Made by a program: the position numbers and the translations under genes
Shown here: piece after piece, positions 13,441 through 27,900 of the stretch
Layout: the number at the start of each line of letters is the position of its first letter
Numbering within the stretch: the stretch's first letter is position 1
Source: Octopus vulgaris
Lineage: Eukaryota
Assembly: GCA_951406725.2 (NCBI GenBank)
Contig: OX597831.1
Coordinates: 59,334,001-59,398,000, forward strand
Length of the DNA stretch: 64,000 nucleotides
Direction of reading: 5' to 3'
Notes under the pieces: model-generated
The model's database searches: none
Told to the model about the DNA's origin: nothing
Seen by the model: the letters and a program-made list of their open reading frames with translations, nothing else

Positions 13441-13660
13441 CAACTCATATTTTTGCCACGCAGTATATCCTGAATCTTTAGTATATTTACAGCTTGTATA
13501 TTTTTAAACACTTTCTAGATCTTCGACCCAAACCCCAGCCTGACACGTCCACATTCTGTCGTCTGTCAGAACTTGTTCTTCCCCTCAACCGCTCCTCGTT
13601 CGTTGAGGAATTTTACCCATAGGACTCAGGAGTAGCCAGGGGAGCGTCATTTGCAAAACT

Positions 13661-14170
13661 TCTGTCGCCTTTCTCGACATTTCGGTCAACATACACAACA
13701 CATTTCTCACTACTTCCATCCACTACAAATACAGCGACTCACAATCATACCTCAACTTGTCCTCCACCCACGCTACACACGCCAAGCTCACCATCTCCTT
13801 CTCCCAATCCCTCCGCCTGCGCACGATCTGCAATGACAACCATGACTTTGAGACTCAGTCTCGACTCATGGCTCGAAACTTCATGCTTCGTAGATATTCC
13901 CTCACTATTATCCACAACGCCCTTGCCAGAGAACTTCTGTAGATCGTGCTTCGGCTCTCTCTCTCCTCGCCCCCGCCCCGCCATTGCCCGTGTCCACCCC
14001 TCCACCCTACTCCTCCAACGCACCATTCTCCGAGCCTTCCGGCGACTGTAGTCCGACCCTTCTACTTCTCATATCTTCCCCAACATATCCCTCCCCTCTT
14101 TCAAACGAGCCCACAACCTACATGACCTCCTGTTCCACATTTTTTTCGCAAACTCTACCTCCTCTCAAAC
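13661..14170 (+). mobile_element. Penelope-like element (Neptune-type) RT thumb/linker fragment
   Basis: SVAFLDISVNI...SIHYKYSDSQSYLNLSSTH..HAKLTISFSQSLRLRTICND..DF...RRYSLTII..AL, then HPSTLLLQRTILRAFRRL..DP...IFP...SFKRAHNL.DLL; these are PLE-diagnostic motifs. Confidence 0.88.
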
Positions 14171-14306
14171 TGTCAGTACGTAGACTTGTGGTTCTTTGCG
14201 GCTAAGAGAGATTTTAACCCTTATTTCTAGCAGGTTAGGTGCTACTCTTTACCGTCAGTCACAATTAGTATCTATATACATATATTCAGAATCACACAAA
14301 CACGCA

Positions 14307-14425
<119 letters not shown>

Positions 14426-14500
14426 ATGATAAAAATGAACAGAAATAGCCTTTTTTTCCCAATATATAAAACTGTACCAAAGACTTTCTGTTTCTTATTC

Positions 14501-14555
<55 letters not shown>

Positions 14556-14594
14556 TTCTGTCTCATTTGGTCTAAAGTCGTATGACAACCACCG

Positions 14595-14880
14595 TTATAT
14601 ATATTTTTGTTTATTCATTACTGTTTTCAATTTCGTTTTCGTCTCTTGTATTTACATCCGTCTTGTGCGTTCACATTCCTGTCTTCTACCAAGAAATCTA
14701 ATGCTTACAGCTTAGTTTTTTTTCTTGGGGCTGGCCGAGTTGGAGCAAATATCAGAATTGAACAGCTGAAATTTGCTATGATGATTCGGTATCTGACTGA
14801 AGATTGAAGGCTTCGAATGATTTGTCTGTGTTCCGTGTTCGTCCCTTCCTGTATTTCACGTTCATTATATATAAAAACAT
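14595..14880 (+). mobile_element. Unclassified short element in (TA)n, homologous to 54780-55080
   Basis: Both copies share CAAG.AATCTA.TG...TTTTT.CTT.GGGC.GGCC...TTGGAGCAA...CAGC.GAAATT.GC...CGAATGA..TGTC. Confidence 0.6.
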
Positions 14881-14882
14881 TC

Positions 14883-14948
<66 letters not shown>

Positions 14949-14962
14949 ATATCTTTATATAT

Positions 14963-15020
<58 letters not shown>

Positions 15021-15034
15021 ATATCTTTATATAT

Positions 15035-15078
<44 letters not shown>

Positions 15079-17129
15079 CAAATGTGCGTGTATTTGGAGT
15101 GACGCGTGCGTGGGTTTCATATAACTATTGTCCGAACGTGGTTGGCAGCAGCCTTAAATTGAAGGAGATTGCAAGGACTATCATTAACTATAGCATTGGA
15201 AACACTCTATTTTCTAAAACAACCGCTACAGCGCGTGTGAACGCTGGCTTATTTCAACGTACAGGGATACGCGCCGCAGTATACCCCTATGTAAATTATC
15301 ATTTGCTAAATATCATTTTTACAAAACAAGTATGCTCTATCTCTCTCTCTATATATATTGATGGGAAGCATTCGAAATGCCGATACACAGGAAAGTGCAG
15401 GATAACTCCTATGTCAACAATGTTTTATGAAAGAAATATATTTGGAACAATATCTCTTGATATGTTAAATGCAGAGAACAGCATGCACAGTGGCTACTGA
15501 GAGAAATGGAACAAGTTAGTCACCTACTTCTGTGCTAGCGTCATAGGAGAAATAACATTAAGACCATCATTGAAGCATATAACAGCTACTCAATAATGTC
15601 ATTCGAAACACGATCACTCATCAAATAACAGATTACCCAACAGATGGGACATTCTCCATTTTTTCTTTTAATTTAATGATACTAATATAAATTGCCTTCT
15701 CCTAATGCCTCCCCAGTTCTTTTGTTGACAACGTTTGTATACGTGCTACGCTACTCGCGCATTCCTTTCGACAATGTTATTATACAATATAAACTTAGTG
15801 CATGCAATCTTTGGATGAGGCTTATATTTAATCATTATGATATCGTAAACATGAAATGGTTCTCTGATCAGTGGACCAGATCTCTTACATCAGGCAATCT
15901 CTCATTTCATTTCACGTTGGAGATGTTTACGAAATTTCAATCTACGGCTTTCATAATGCTGTCTTCCGTATTTAATCCTTTACATGAAGCCATATACATA
16001 AAGTCACAGATTTCATACACATTTACATAAATGTATATATGTTCCCTATATATAAATGTATGTGTGTGTATATATTCGGAGGAATTGGAATTTATATTGT
16101 TTCCAATATTTAATATTAATTTTATCTGTAGATAATCATTCATATTCATTTTACAAAAGAATTATCCCACATACCCAACATATCGACACGTACATGCAAA
16201 AACACAAGCCCAAAGATTTACATACACAGACACGTCTACACTGACACACACAAACTCATAATGAAGAATACCTATTCTTCTCACACATACATCTACAACG
16301 ATATAAATTATATTTCTTGTTAGAAGACACAAATCCATAATTTCCAGGAAATATTATTCACAATCTAATATGACAATTTTGTTTATTCTAAGATATAGAA
16401 ATATTTGATAAGGAAAATACTCATAATTTTTTTTATTCTTTATTAAATATTCCTTTCTTTGGTGCATTTACTTATATATTTTTCGTTTTGTTTTATTTTT
16501 GCTGACAGATAATGGTTTGAAAAATATATTATTTTTTCTTTCTGCTTGCAAGGGATATTGTGGTGAAATTAAACAATATCAATATAGAGAAAACAGAAAC
16601 TTATGCAATGAAGAATATAATTACATTTCTTCAAAGAGAACATAAGTTTGCTTTTATATACGCCAAATTTCTTTCATAAAATTGGCTTTACTAAAATTGA
16701 TGTGCTCTTACATATAACTGCTTATTTATCAATATATCCAACAAGCTATGTCGCTAGCTATATACGCATGTATTTATGTATGAATGCATATGAGTATCTT
16801 CTTGAAAAATCTTTCTGTGTAGAAATCATATAGATAGGTAGATTGATATATACATGTGTGTGTGTGTGTATGTGTGTGTATGTGTGTGTGCATTATATGT
16901 GCGTGTGCATTATATATGGAGGCATGCATAAATACGGAGCCGAACATACACATACGGGTTTCACTGTTAACTTAAAGAAGATTTTTTAAATAGATTGATA
17001 TAAATATCGATTGCTGTGCGTATATGCTTATATACATACATAGATACATACACACACACACACACATGAGTTTACGTGCGTTTCTATTTATACATTAATA
17101 CACAAATAAACAAACGTACTTATGTATCA

Positions 17130-17198
<69 letters not shown>

Positions 17199-17789
17199 CG
17201 CATGCGATCAGAGAAATTCAAATATGCTCCATATACGTGGGTATATATACATTTATATTTTTCTGTATGCGTTTATACATATGGTGTCTCTACATTTTTA
17301 AAGTAGTAACTATAAATGTAATGTTATAAATTTAATCACATAGCGCAGTATCTTTAATATTTATCAACATTGTCTGGATTCAATTCAATAATGTACGTAT
17401 CTTCTGGCTTGCGAAGTGGATTGTTCCAAACATTATTGTAGACAATATATCAAAGCGCATGAAACGATAAACATTAAGTATTGTATTTGACCAAAATATT
17501 TTACAAAACACACGTTCGAAACATTTCAGTTATTTTCCATCAGGTCTCAAAAATTTCTGGTAATTTTTGAATGTCTGTAAGATTTAGGTTGGGTCAACTA
17601 AAATATTTTGTTATATAAGAAAGGAATGTTCGCCAGTAGTAAAAGTTTATGTGGCATATGATGTCTGAAATTAATTTTGCTGCAACATTTTCGATAGCGT
17701 ACCGGTCACAATTTGTTTGCCGTACACACGTTTTCGTAGACGAAATAAAATTATTTTCTTACAATGTCTAATCATTTATATAGATTCCT

Positions 17790-18070
17790 TTGTTGTAGTA
17801 GGTTGTGTGTTCGATTCCCGGGAGTGAGCTGTGTCTCTGAGCAAGACACTTTATTTCACGTTACTCCAGTCCTCACAGTTGGCAAAAATCAGTTGTACTT
17901 GTAATTCAGAAACGTTTAACACTTCGTGTTACGCTAAATCTCCCTGAAAACTAATTTAAGGGTAAGCTTCTCGTTGTCCTGCCCAGCTAATTGCCTGTTA
18001 ATTTCACGTGCATGCTTCTTCCATCGATCAGATCAACTGGACGACACATTGTCGAAATCGACTGAGAACC
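17790..18070 (+). mobile_element. Degenerate SINE related to family C (46514-47017)
   Basis: GTTCGATTCCCGG B-box; TGAGCAAGACACTTTATTTC; GTGTTACGCTAAATCTCCCTGAAAACTA. Confidence 0.65.
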
Positions 18071-18091
18071 AGGCTAATTTTATACACAGAG

Positions 18092-18123
<32 letters not shown>

Positions 18124-18336
18124 TTTTTCCTTGACCTTCATTCGAAATGTTGTATGTACTACTTTCTAATATAATTTGCCTTTCTAAATACACGTTTCCT
18201 TATAGAACTTTTCGGCTGTGCATTCTAAATACAATCATTATTCTTCTTCACGTTGTCTGCCTCTAGCCATTCTAATTCGCTTGAACTCCAGTCCTGAAAA
18301 GTATAAGTACTTATTATTATCTGAACAACTGTGAGA

Positions 18337-18375
<39 letters not shown>

Positions 18376-18388
18376 GTATGTATATGCG

Positions 18389-18438
<50 letters not shown>

Positions 18439-21133
18439 TGTGTGTGTAGCCATATTTCTGGCCTTTTCTCCTCACTATTAAATATTAATCGAGCATATCT
18501 ATAAAATTCCTTCTTAAAAGTTGGCTTATCCTCTGTGTCTGTAGTTCATTAATTCTTGAGCGTTTTTATATGTGTTTTAGGTGTAATGCTCTTTTGTCTA
18601 TCTCTAACTTCATATTATAGGTTTTATAAACTTTTTCTCTCGTTAAGCATGAGTTAGCACATATTTTTTTTCTTACAAGCCGAATTTTATGCCAATTTTC
18701 CGATCGAATATCTACACCGTGTGTTGCAGTTCTGAGTCATTTGTAATTACACCTTCATGCTAGCCAACACAAGATGGTTGACTTTAATCGCATACCATTT
18801 GCATCTGATGCAAGTTTGATTTATAACGACGATGAAATATGTTACTGCCATACAAAGCAGTGCAGAGGAGTTGCCTACTTACAAAATTCTCATCTCGCAG
18901 AGGCAGCTTTTGTATTTATAAATAATTAGTTTTGTTTGGATCGGTGGGAATATGTATTTTTCTAGTTTTAAGCATTTGAATTATCTCCTTATTATTCTTA
19001 CCACCATGAGAATTAGTGGTTTGTCTACTCACAAGAGTGCTCTTTGCAGTATCATTTGAGTGCCTATCGATCTAAACCTCCGGCACGTTGTTTAATTGAT
19101 TCATTAGTTTATCGAAGTGAATAGCTTAGAATCATTTTACCAACTCATTCTCTTCTGATTTCAAATTTCACCACAAGGAAATTTGCTGTCCATCCTTTAT
19201 GTGCCCCCCACAAAAAATAATATTGAGAGTTGTATTAGCAGAACTATTAAAGGGACGGATGAAATTAATTACAGTGTCATTCTACCTGTTAGCATTTAGA
19301 TAGCCCCATTTCTATCGACGTAAATGCTGAGTTGGCCTGGTTCAAGTCTTTAGGTTTCCCATGGAGAATCCTCGGTGAGATAGTGAGAAGAGATATGCAT
19401 GAGAGAGCAACAGCAAGTCCTCCTCAAAATCATGTTGTCGGGGACTCTACATACAAATGCAAATACAAGGTCTATCTTGACTGACAGAGTGTATAAATCA
19501 GCTGGCTATGTCATGATATTTTGGGGTGTGCGCTTGTGACATTTATCATATACATTTGGCAATTATATGATGTGGTTGCGTATTTTGTCGTTCATCTTTT
19601 GTTCTCTTCTGCAGAATATAGATTATTTCTTTGTTGTTATTTCTTTTCATCTTTTAGTGCGTGTGTCTTTGTGATATTTTTTCATTACCATGTTCTGCTT
19701 TAGTGATACATTTTCCAATGGCTAAAAATATTTCTTATTCAGCTATTTAACTTCTAAGTTCACACCTTGCGAAGTTCGATGTTGTATTTCCTCCTTGCGA
19801 TGTTGTTTAAATAATAGTGAATTATTGAAGTGTAGGCTCTCTACTTATATCTCCCTCTTAAATGAGTGGCCTTTTGCCTAAAGTAGGCAAAATATTACTA
19901 TTTTGTCTTAAACGGCGATGCCCCATAACGACCGCAGCTATGAAGCTGAAGCTGAAGCAATTTAAAGATTTAATGATTCATCGCTTAATTGTACTGGTTA
20001 CATACATTGCTCTCCATGTAAGATTCATGAATTATTTGTTGTCATGTATATGTGCTGTATCCACGAATTCAAACCCATTTCAATCAGTAATTTACAATTC
20101 AAAAGCAGGCGAACATGTTGAAAGTATAACAGATGACCTTGGATGACACATCTTCGTATGTATATGTGACTGGTTTTAAACTAATTATATTTGCCTTCTA
20201 ATTTTAGAGCGTTTTTTCATCCAACATGGCACTTTCGATTTGTCAGAACACAATAAAATAATTTTACTAGTGAATCCCTGTCTTGCGAAAGTCTAGTTTC
20301 CTTTTGATTATTTTTACTGTTTTATATAAAAGGCCTGTACATAAGCAGCCTTTTCTAATTTTGCAAGACATAACCTAGATACCATCACATTTGTTTCCAT
20401 ATTAAAATAAGATAATACCGAAAATTCACTTGTAAATCATAAGAAAGCTATCGTGTGTACAGACGTGGGTTATCGTATTTTGTTTCGTGTGTATTCAATA
20501 TTTGCGTTTCATTTTGTTTGATCAAATTTTTCATTCTTTGAACAAGGTATTTAACCTATAGTAACAACTTGGAAATTATGAAATACATGTGCTAGTTGTC
20601 CTTAATTCTGAGTATTCCCTCTCATTTTTTTGTGAAAATTAATGTCAGTGCCGTTTTTTTTATTCTAGTCGCCCAAATGCAGAAATACATACACGTGTGA
20701 GTGTGCGTGCGTATGTGAGTGTGTATGTATTTGCAATAATAATATCTACAGAGAACATGGAGACTGGAGCATCCTCAAAATTTATTTTATTTTCATTTTA
20801 CGGTATGTCATACGGCATATATTTTAATGATTACATCGGTCAACACGGGTTCCTGCTGCAGACATCATGAGCAGTTGCTTAATCAACTGGGTATAATTTT
20901 CTGTGCAGCTTCGTTCATTGTCTTTCTCCGTATTCTCTATCATTATAATTATTTGAAATATACACTCAAGATAATATTACGAACTAGTGAAGAGACAACC
21001 AAATACCCATTTAGGGAATTTACAGCGTGAGTAACAAGTCCTAGTAGTCATGGCCGCGGTTAACCGTAATCTGGTATATAACTGAAAGCTACTACGGTAT
21101 CTGTTCGGATAATATATTTCTCAAAACTCACAT

Positions 21134-21173
<40 letters not shown>

Positions 21174-21226
21174 TTGAATGAATTATCCTATGTTTATCGA
21201 CACATAGAAAATTCTTGAACATACAT

Positions 21227-21257
<31 letters not shown>

Positions 21258-21374
21258 ATGTGTATATATATATATATAGTGTGTATATATATATATAATG
21301 TGTGCATATATATATATATATAATGTGTATATATATATATAATGTGTGTATATATATGTGTGTATATATATATG

Positions 21375-21439
<65 letters not shown>

Positions 21440-21523
21440 AGAGAAAGAGAGGGGGAGAGAGGGAGAAAGGCAGACACACACACCGATAGAAAGCTAAAAG
21501 TATAAATACAAGTTTACATTACA

Positions 21524-21610
21524 GTTCCCACGCGTGTTTCGGCATTATGGTTGCTTGGAGCCCATCTGTAGTTGTTCAAAAGGCTCAAAGACAACCCATC
21601 ATCAGGCATC
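21524..21610 (-). ncRNA. Degenerate hammerhead ribozyme-like motif
   Basis: Minus strand: CTGATGA TGG-GTTG..GAGCC...GGCTC..CAACC..CC GAAA CACGCGTG; the cleavage triplet and stem I are imperfect. Confidence 0.5.
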
Positions 21611-22199
21611 ACTTTATGGCATCTCTTCATTATTAGGAATTCTTAAATTTTGGTGCTTCGTTTGATGACGTTGGCTAAAATTTTCCGTTGTTAATAATAC
21701 TGTTTATCCCGACATAGTCTCCATCTGTATTACTGTATATTGAATAATTCTATAGAACATTGTTTCTGAATAATTCTATAGAAACATGATGTTGCCAAAT
21801 TAGTTTGTCATTGCATTGAACAGGAAGCAATTCCCATGCGCGGTCGAAAATATCAACTTCCAGACTTTCGTGCAAAATTGATTTTACTCAAATCCGCCTG
21901 GATAAAAAATCAGTGTCAGATTAATATCGCTCACCGCGCTTTGAAGCTATAATTTCATTTGATATCATATGTAAATCTGCTGACATGAATTTATTTCACT
22001 GGTGGTCAAATCTGTCATCCCAGAAATAATGTCCGAAATATTATATATGTAACTTCTATCAAAGTTTACAGTATTCTAAAATATCAAATTGTATTAATTG
22101 ATATGAATTTGGAAATATTTAATATAATACAATTTCTTTATATAGGACAATATGACTGAATTAACTGCCAATATTAATCCCTCAAAGGTGGACGTATTG

Positions 22200-23200
22200 A
22201 AGGAGCATTTAAGGCACCTAATAGTTTGCCAGTTGAAAAAGGGAAACGGTGCAGGAGAAGCAACCCAGAACGTCCGTCCATTCCGTTCATGTAGAAGAGT
22301 GCTTGAACGAACGAAGTTGTAGAAAACGGTTTTCAAAATTCAAAACTGGTGATTTCAACCTAGGATTAAGGCTACCAATAAGATAGCCTGTTGAATTTGG
22401 TAATGAGTTTCTATTTTCAGACTTTAAGAAGTATAATGCTGTGTCAGTTGAAGAATTGGCAAGCAATCTCTATTCAAGCCATTCAGCTGTTCACCGCCAC
22501 TATCAACAACTTGGTAAGGTACCCGATTTCAGGAAATGGGTTCACCATGATTTGACAGAAGCCAACCAAAATTAATGTGTGGACATCTGCTTATCGCATC
22601 ACTCTCGTGAATGTATCTCACCGTTTTTTAACACATTAGTGATTCATGATGAAAACTGATTGGCAATTGCGCAATTGTGGAGAACAGGCTAAACCACAAC
22701 CCAACAAGAACCTCCATGCAATAATGCTTCTTCTTTCTGTTTGTGGGATGGCATTGGAGTCATCCACTTTGAGATGCAACCAACTAATGCAACTGCTATA
22801 GCTCTCACATATTGCCAACAATTAGAGCATTTCGATCCTGAGTTGAATAAAAACAAGGCCTGTTATGACGAATCGTGAGGGAGTAGTTTTTCATCATAAT
22901 GCTGCAAAGATTACCTGAGAAGACATCGAGGAACTTGGATGGGAGAAAATCCCTCATTCATCTTATTCTCCGGATCTCGGCACTTCTGATTACCAGTTTT
23001 CCGAAGCTTACAATATCATTTAAATGGATTAGTGTTCGAAATCCCGCAAGAGGTCGAAATTGTCCTCTCTTCCTTCTTCTCATCCAAACAAAAAGAGTTT
23101 CTCGTCAATAGAATTAAAGGAAATGATGAGTAGACGGAAGATAACAATCGATAGCGATGAGTATTACATGCAGGGTTAAATTTTAATACAATGTAAAATT
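22200..23200 (+). pseudogene. Decayed mariner transposase
   Basis: GKWVHHDLTE (~22532-22560, WVPHEL motif), VVFHH.NA, PYSPDLGTSDY (~22960-22995, YSPDL motif); many stops and frameshifts. Confidence 0.88.
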
Positions 23201-23856
23201 AGATCAATGTTTAGATATTACTTACGGGATGAACAGATAATTACTAAAACTCTTTAATTACGGAGTCATTTGTGGAACTACCAAAAATAGGAACATAGCA
23301 TTAGAAATTCATATTGATTTCAAACATCTTATACATGACTGAAATTTGTTTTCATACACTACCTATAAATTAAATGAATTAAAACTGCTGGAAAGATATA
23401 ATCGTACTGTATAAATTAAACGCAGAGGTATACCTCACATCAGCTGCATTGAAGAAAATTTGATATCAGAGGAAATATTTATACAAATACTGTTGGTGTT
23501 ACCATTATACGCAAAGTCCACAAGCTGGAAATATCAATCTAGTAAAAGACTGAAGCCTTCATATTTTGGAATACATGGAAAATAGGTTACCATCAGATAT
23601 GTAGACAGATGTGGATACGACTTTTGAATATAATTTCTGCAGTTTGCATAACTGAAAATATCATTTGCAGATTCAGATTCTTCATGAGTATAAGTTTAGT
23701 AAAATGCGGCAATCATTCTAATAATTAAACCAGCAATAATTCTAGTGAAACTCTATGAATGCTGAAAGGTGAGTGAGAGATAGGAATATGAGGGAAAGGA
23801 TAACAAATAAATGATGTATTTTAAAGATCATACGAGTCATATATACATACACACAA

Positions 23857-23913
<57 letters not shown>

Positions 23914-23926
23914 CAGATCTCACTAT

Positions 23927-23973
23927 CCTGGGCTGATGACGGGTTAAGACCCAGAAACATGCATGTCCTCGGG
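23927..23973 (+). ncRNA. Type I hammerhead ribozyme
   Basis: CCTGGG-CTGATGA-CGGGT TAAG ACCC A-GAAA-CATGCATG-TC-CTCGGG: full core, palindromic stem III, GUC site at 23965-23967. Confidence 0.85.
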
Positions 23974-24280
23974 TGTGAATCTAGGCTGAAAGGGGTGCTT
24001 GCCTCCCCTTCACAAATATAAGGACACAGAAAATGTGTCAAAGCCGACAGGGAGCGCTCGATGCTTCCTGGGGCTAAACAGCGGTGGTGTAATTCCCATA
24101 TGGGTCTGTCACGTTAAGTTGACAGTATACAACCACTATATCGCTCCACCACCGCTCATGTCTCTTTGAGGCATTTAGAAATTTAATATTTCTGATTACG
24201 ATAACCAGTGAATAAATTTCACTGTAAATATATATATTTGTGAAGGCTGGACAGGCACCTCAATCAGCAGATCTCACTAT

Positions 24281-24327
24281 CCTGGGCTGATGACGGGTTA
24301 AAACCCAGAAACATGCATGTTCTCGGG
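24281..24327 (+). ncRNA. Type I hammerhead ribozyme (second tandem copy)
   Basis: CCTGGG-CTGATGA-CGGGT TAAA ACCC A-GAAA-CATGCATG-TT-CTCGGG; GUU site at 24319-24321. Confidence 0.82.
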
Positions 24328-24544
24328 TGTGAATCTTGGCCGATAGGGGTGCTTTCCTCCCCTTCACAAATATAAGGACACAGAAAATGTGTCAAAGCCG
24401 ACAGGAAGCGTTCGATGCTTCCTAGGGCTAAACAGCGGTGGTGTAATTCCCATACGGGTCTGTCACGTTAAGTTGACAGTATAAAACCACTCTATTGCTC
24501 CACCACCGCTCATGTCTCTTTGAGACATTTATAAATTTAATATT

Positions 24545-24581
<37 letters not shown>

Positions 24582-24814
24582 TATACAGATGTGTGTGTGA
24601 ATGTGTATGTGCGTGTGTGTGTGTGTGTGTGACTTTATGTATGAACTCAGTGACGATGTCCTATAATGTAAGCAGAAATAGATCAGAGAATAAAGTCATG
24701 AAAAGGGCAGCAAGAACTGCGACCACGTCAATTGATATTGCTGCTAAAACAGCCACCAGCAACAGTGCAACTACAAGTATTGCTGCTGATACAAGAACAA
24801 GTATAACGACAACA

Positions 24815-24844
24815 ACAAGTAACAATAATAATAACAATAATAAC

Positions 24845-24927
<83 letters not shown>

Positions 24928-24931
24928 CAAC
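24815..24931. repeat. (AAT/AAC)n microsatellite
   Basis: Seen directly. Confidence 0.95.
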
Positions 24932-25369
24932 ATGAATTATATTCATCCGCATAATCATAATGACATTTTTAGTAGTGATGAAAATACTATATAATTAACT
25001 AAATTAACGCAAATACAGAAAGGAAAACCTTGTTCTAATGATTTTATTTTTCGATAAAAAATATTTTAGTTCATATATTTTCTATTACATTCGACTTCTC
25101 ACAACTTTAAAAATAACTGATTCCCATAACTTTCGAAATAATTTTTCTCTTTGCCAATAAAACGGTATGACCAAAGCAATTCAGGAATGTTCTGTGTACA
25201 TATTATTGCTTCTTTAAAATGTGCCATAAATAAATTATTGATTTCCATAAGTAATATCGATTTTGTGAAAAGCTTATAAGGGCTGGTTGGGGGCAGATTT
25301 AACGGGCTAAGCAATTGTTAATCTCTGTGTAAGACAGGTATGTATATCTATACACATATATTCATATAT

Positions 25370-25430
<61 letters not shown>

Positions 25431-25750
25431 ATATATGTAAATGTCATGTAAGTGTATGTGTGTCTCAGCATGCGTGTCTATGTATGCGTATGTGTGTGTG
25501 TTGAGTAACGTGAAATTATATCAAAGAATATCCGGTAGAAGTGTATGGATTTCTACTACGAAATGACTAATCAATAAGTATAATATCGAACATCAAGGAA
25601 GACATGTCGTTTACGCATTCAATAGGCGTTACTGGGATGGTATTACTCATTTATTAACTTCGAAATAAATCATAACATATTCTCTCTGTCTCTACCTACA
25701 TACATACACACTCATATATATATATATACGTACGTGGATGAGGGCATACA

Positions 25751-25789
<39 letters not shown>

Positions 25790-26271
25790 TATATCTAAAA
25801 TGCGCACATATGCGCACACATACATATATATAGGTGTATGTATGACTTTTGAAATGGGCTTGAATGATAGCTGAATATATAGATAATTAGTGTGATACAG
25901 CAACGAATCCAAAGCAAATCGAAAATTAAATATAATACGAGTAGTAAACATATTGAATCCTTACATAACCATTACTGAATTAGCTGCACTACAAATGGGA
26001 TAAAAACGTTACACTCATTCGAGTTCGCACGTCAACAGAATAGGTAATTCTTACATCACTTGTTTTGTTCTATAAAAACACAAAAGTGAATATTTAAATG
26101 GGAAATATTTGGGACCGATGAAAGTAATTCTTACGTAACGTTTTAATATATTGCTTATTTCTCTATGCAATCTTCTAGTCGCATAACTACTACCTTGCAT
26201 ATTCCTAATATATATATATATAAAAGTGTGTGTGTGTGTATGTATCTATGGGTTCATGTATGTAAGTATGT

Positions 26272-26321
<50 letters not shown>

Positions 26322-26344
26322 GCATTGATAAGATCACAGCTGAT

Positions 26345-27070
26345 CTTATCAATCGGTTTCGCGTTAGGAATACAATGGAGTGTTAGGTAATAATCCTATA
26401 ATATAACCTTATGCTCCTCACAGTTTGTCGATATGGAAGGGAATATGGTGACTGCTCTCTATTGTCGGCGTTTCATCAATACCTTCGAACCCAGCATAGT
26501 GTTTGACCAGACTATACACCAACACTCACATGTACATACACGCACGTCCCAACAGGGCGGACACTTACCAAATAGACTGCCTTCTATCACTCCAGCAAAT
26601 CCCACTTCACATACATTGTACCTCCACATATATAAACCCCTCCTACACGCCATTACACACTGCTCACTAACATAAATCTACAATGACTTTAACCAAGGAA
26701 AACAGACTAACGAACACAACTATATATGTCTACACCTCTGGAAAAAATTATACATGTGACACCACTACACATATGACATCGCCACAGGAGCACCACACTT
26801 AATAACGCACGTATTCTCACAAACACTTCAAGATAAAACTTAACGGCTTTAAAGCGTATCCAACAAAGGGACATAACTGCCATTTTTCGTTTCACTATCT
26901 TTTTCACAGCAACCGTAAAGCGGATGTGTCACCTGATATCCCACAATAGAGAGCAGTGGCTATATTCTCTTCCATATCGGCTAACTGTAACGAGCGTAAG
27001 GTTATATAATCGGATTATTACCTAACACTCCATCGCATTCCTAGCGCGAAACCGAGCAGCCGTGACAGAT
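26345..27070 (+). mobile_element. PLE-like remnant with inverted terminal pLTR copies and a degenerate hammerhead (26927-27067)
   Basis: 26350-26478 is a diverged reverse complement of 26935-27055. The right copy reads TGTCAC-CTGATAT...GCGC-GAAA-CCGAGCAG-CC-GTGACA. Confidence 0.6.
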
Positions 27071-27689
27071 ACATAATACTGTACTTTTAGAATAACAGAT
27101 AGTAAGAGAGAGGAGGGATGAAGAGAGGGAAAAGGAGAGAGAAGAAGTGGCAGAGGGAGAGACAGAGAGAAAGGAAGAGAGAGAATGTGACTAGATGAAG
27201 GTAACAAAAAGATCGACGCTTTTATGAAATACTATGCAAAAATGTAAAACGAAAATGAAAATTGTTTCAAGTTTTTCCATTCTTGTGTTTTGATATGAAG
27301 ATATGTGGTTTGTTAATATATTGAGCGGGATCTTAGAAATATAGTGCAACAGTGACTAATTTTCATTCTAATACTATCAGCTGTCCTTCTATATCTGTTG
27401 CCCATACTTTTATCTATCACCCTGCCTGTCTCTTGCTCTAAGACACAGGTCAATTCAAAACTACTTACCAATGCCAATTGATCGTATCACCGACCTCGCT
27501 TTATTTTCTGCGTTTTGTAATTGTTTTCTTTCTTTCGTTTCTTTATTTTCCGGCATGTCAGTTTCAATTTGCGTGTCATAAACATGCACCTCTCTCTCTC
27601 TTCTTTTCTCTCTCCTTCCATCTCTCACTCCCTCTGTATCTACTTCTCCGTATATTTGTCTGTCTATCTATTTGACTGTGTGTCTGTCA

Positions 27690-27900
<211 letters not shown>

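Larger units (their letters stand above)
23911..24550 (+). mobile_element. Tandem ~1.8-copy repeat of a 354-bp hammerhead-containing unit (retrozyme/pLTR-like), flanked by (TA)n
   Basis: Units start at 23911 and 24265 (CAGCAGATCTCACTATCCTGGG); (TA)n at 23861-23910 and 24549-24578. Confidence 0.88.

Noticed and set aside
20982-21047. ACTAG-TGAAGA...TC-CTAGT hammerhead-like remnant as a feature
   Set aside because: C3 and GAAA are missing; it is counted only as a weak remnant.
21940-22030. hAT-like DMNLFHWWS motif
   Set aside because: Too short, with no supporting flanking motifs or TIRs.
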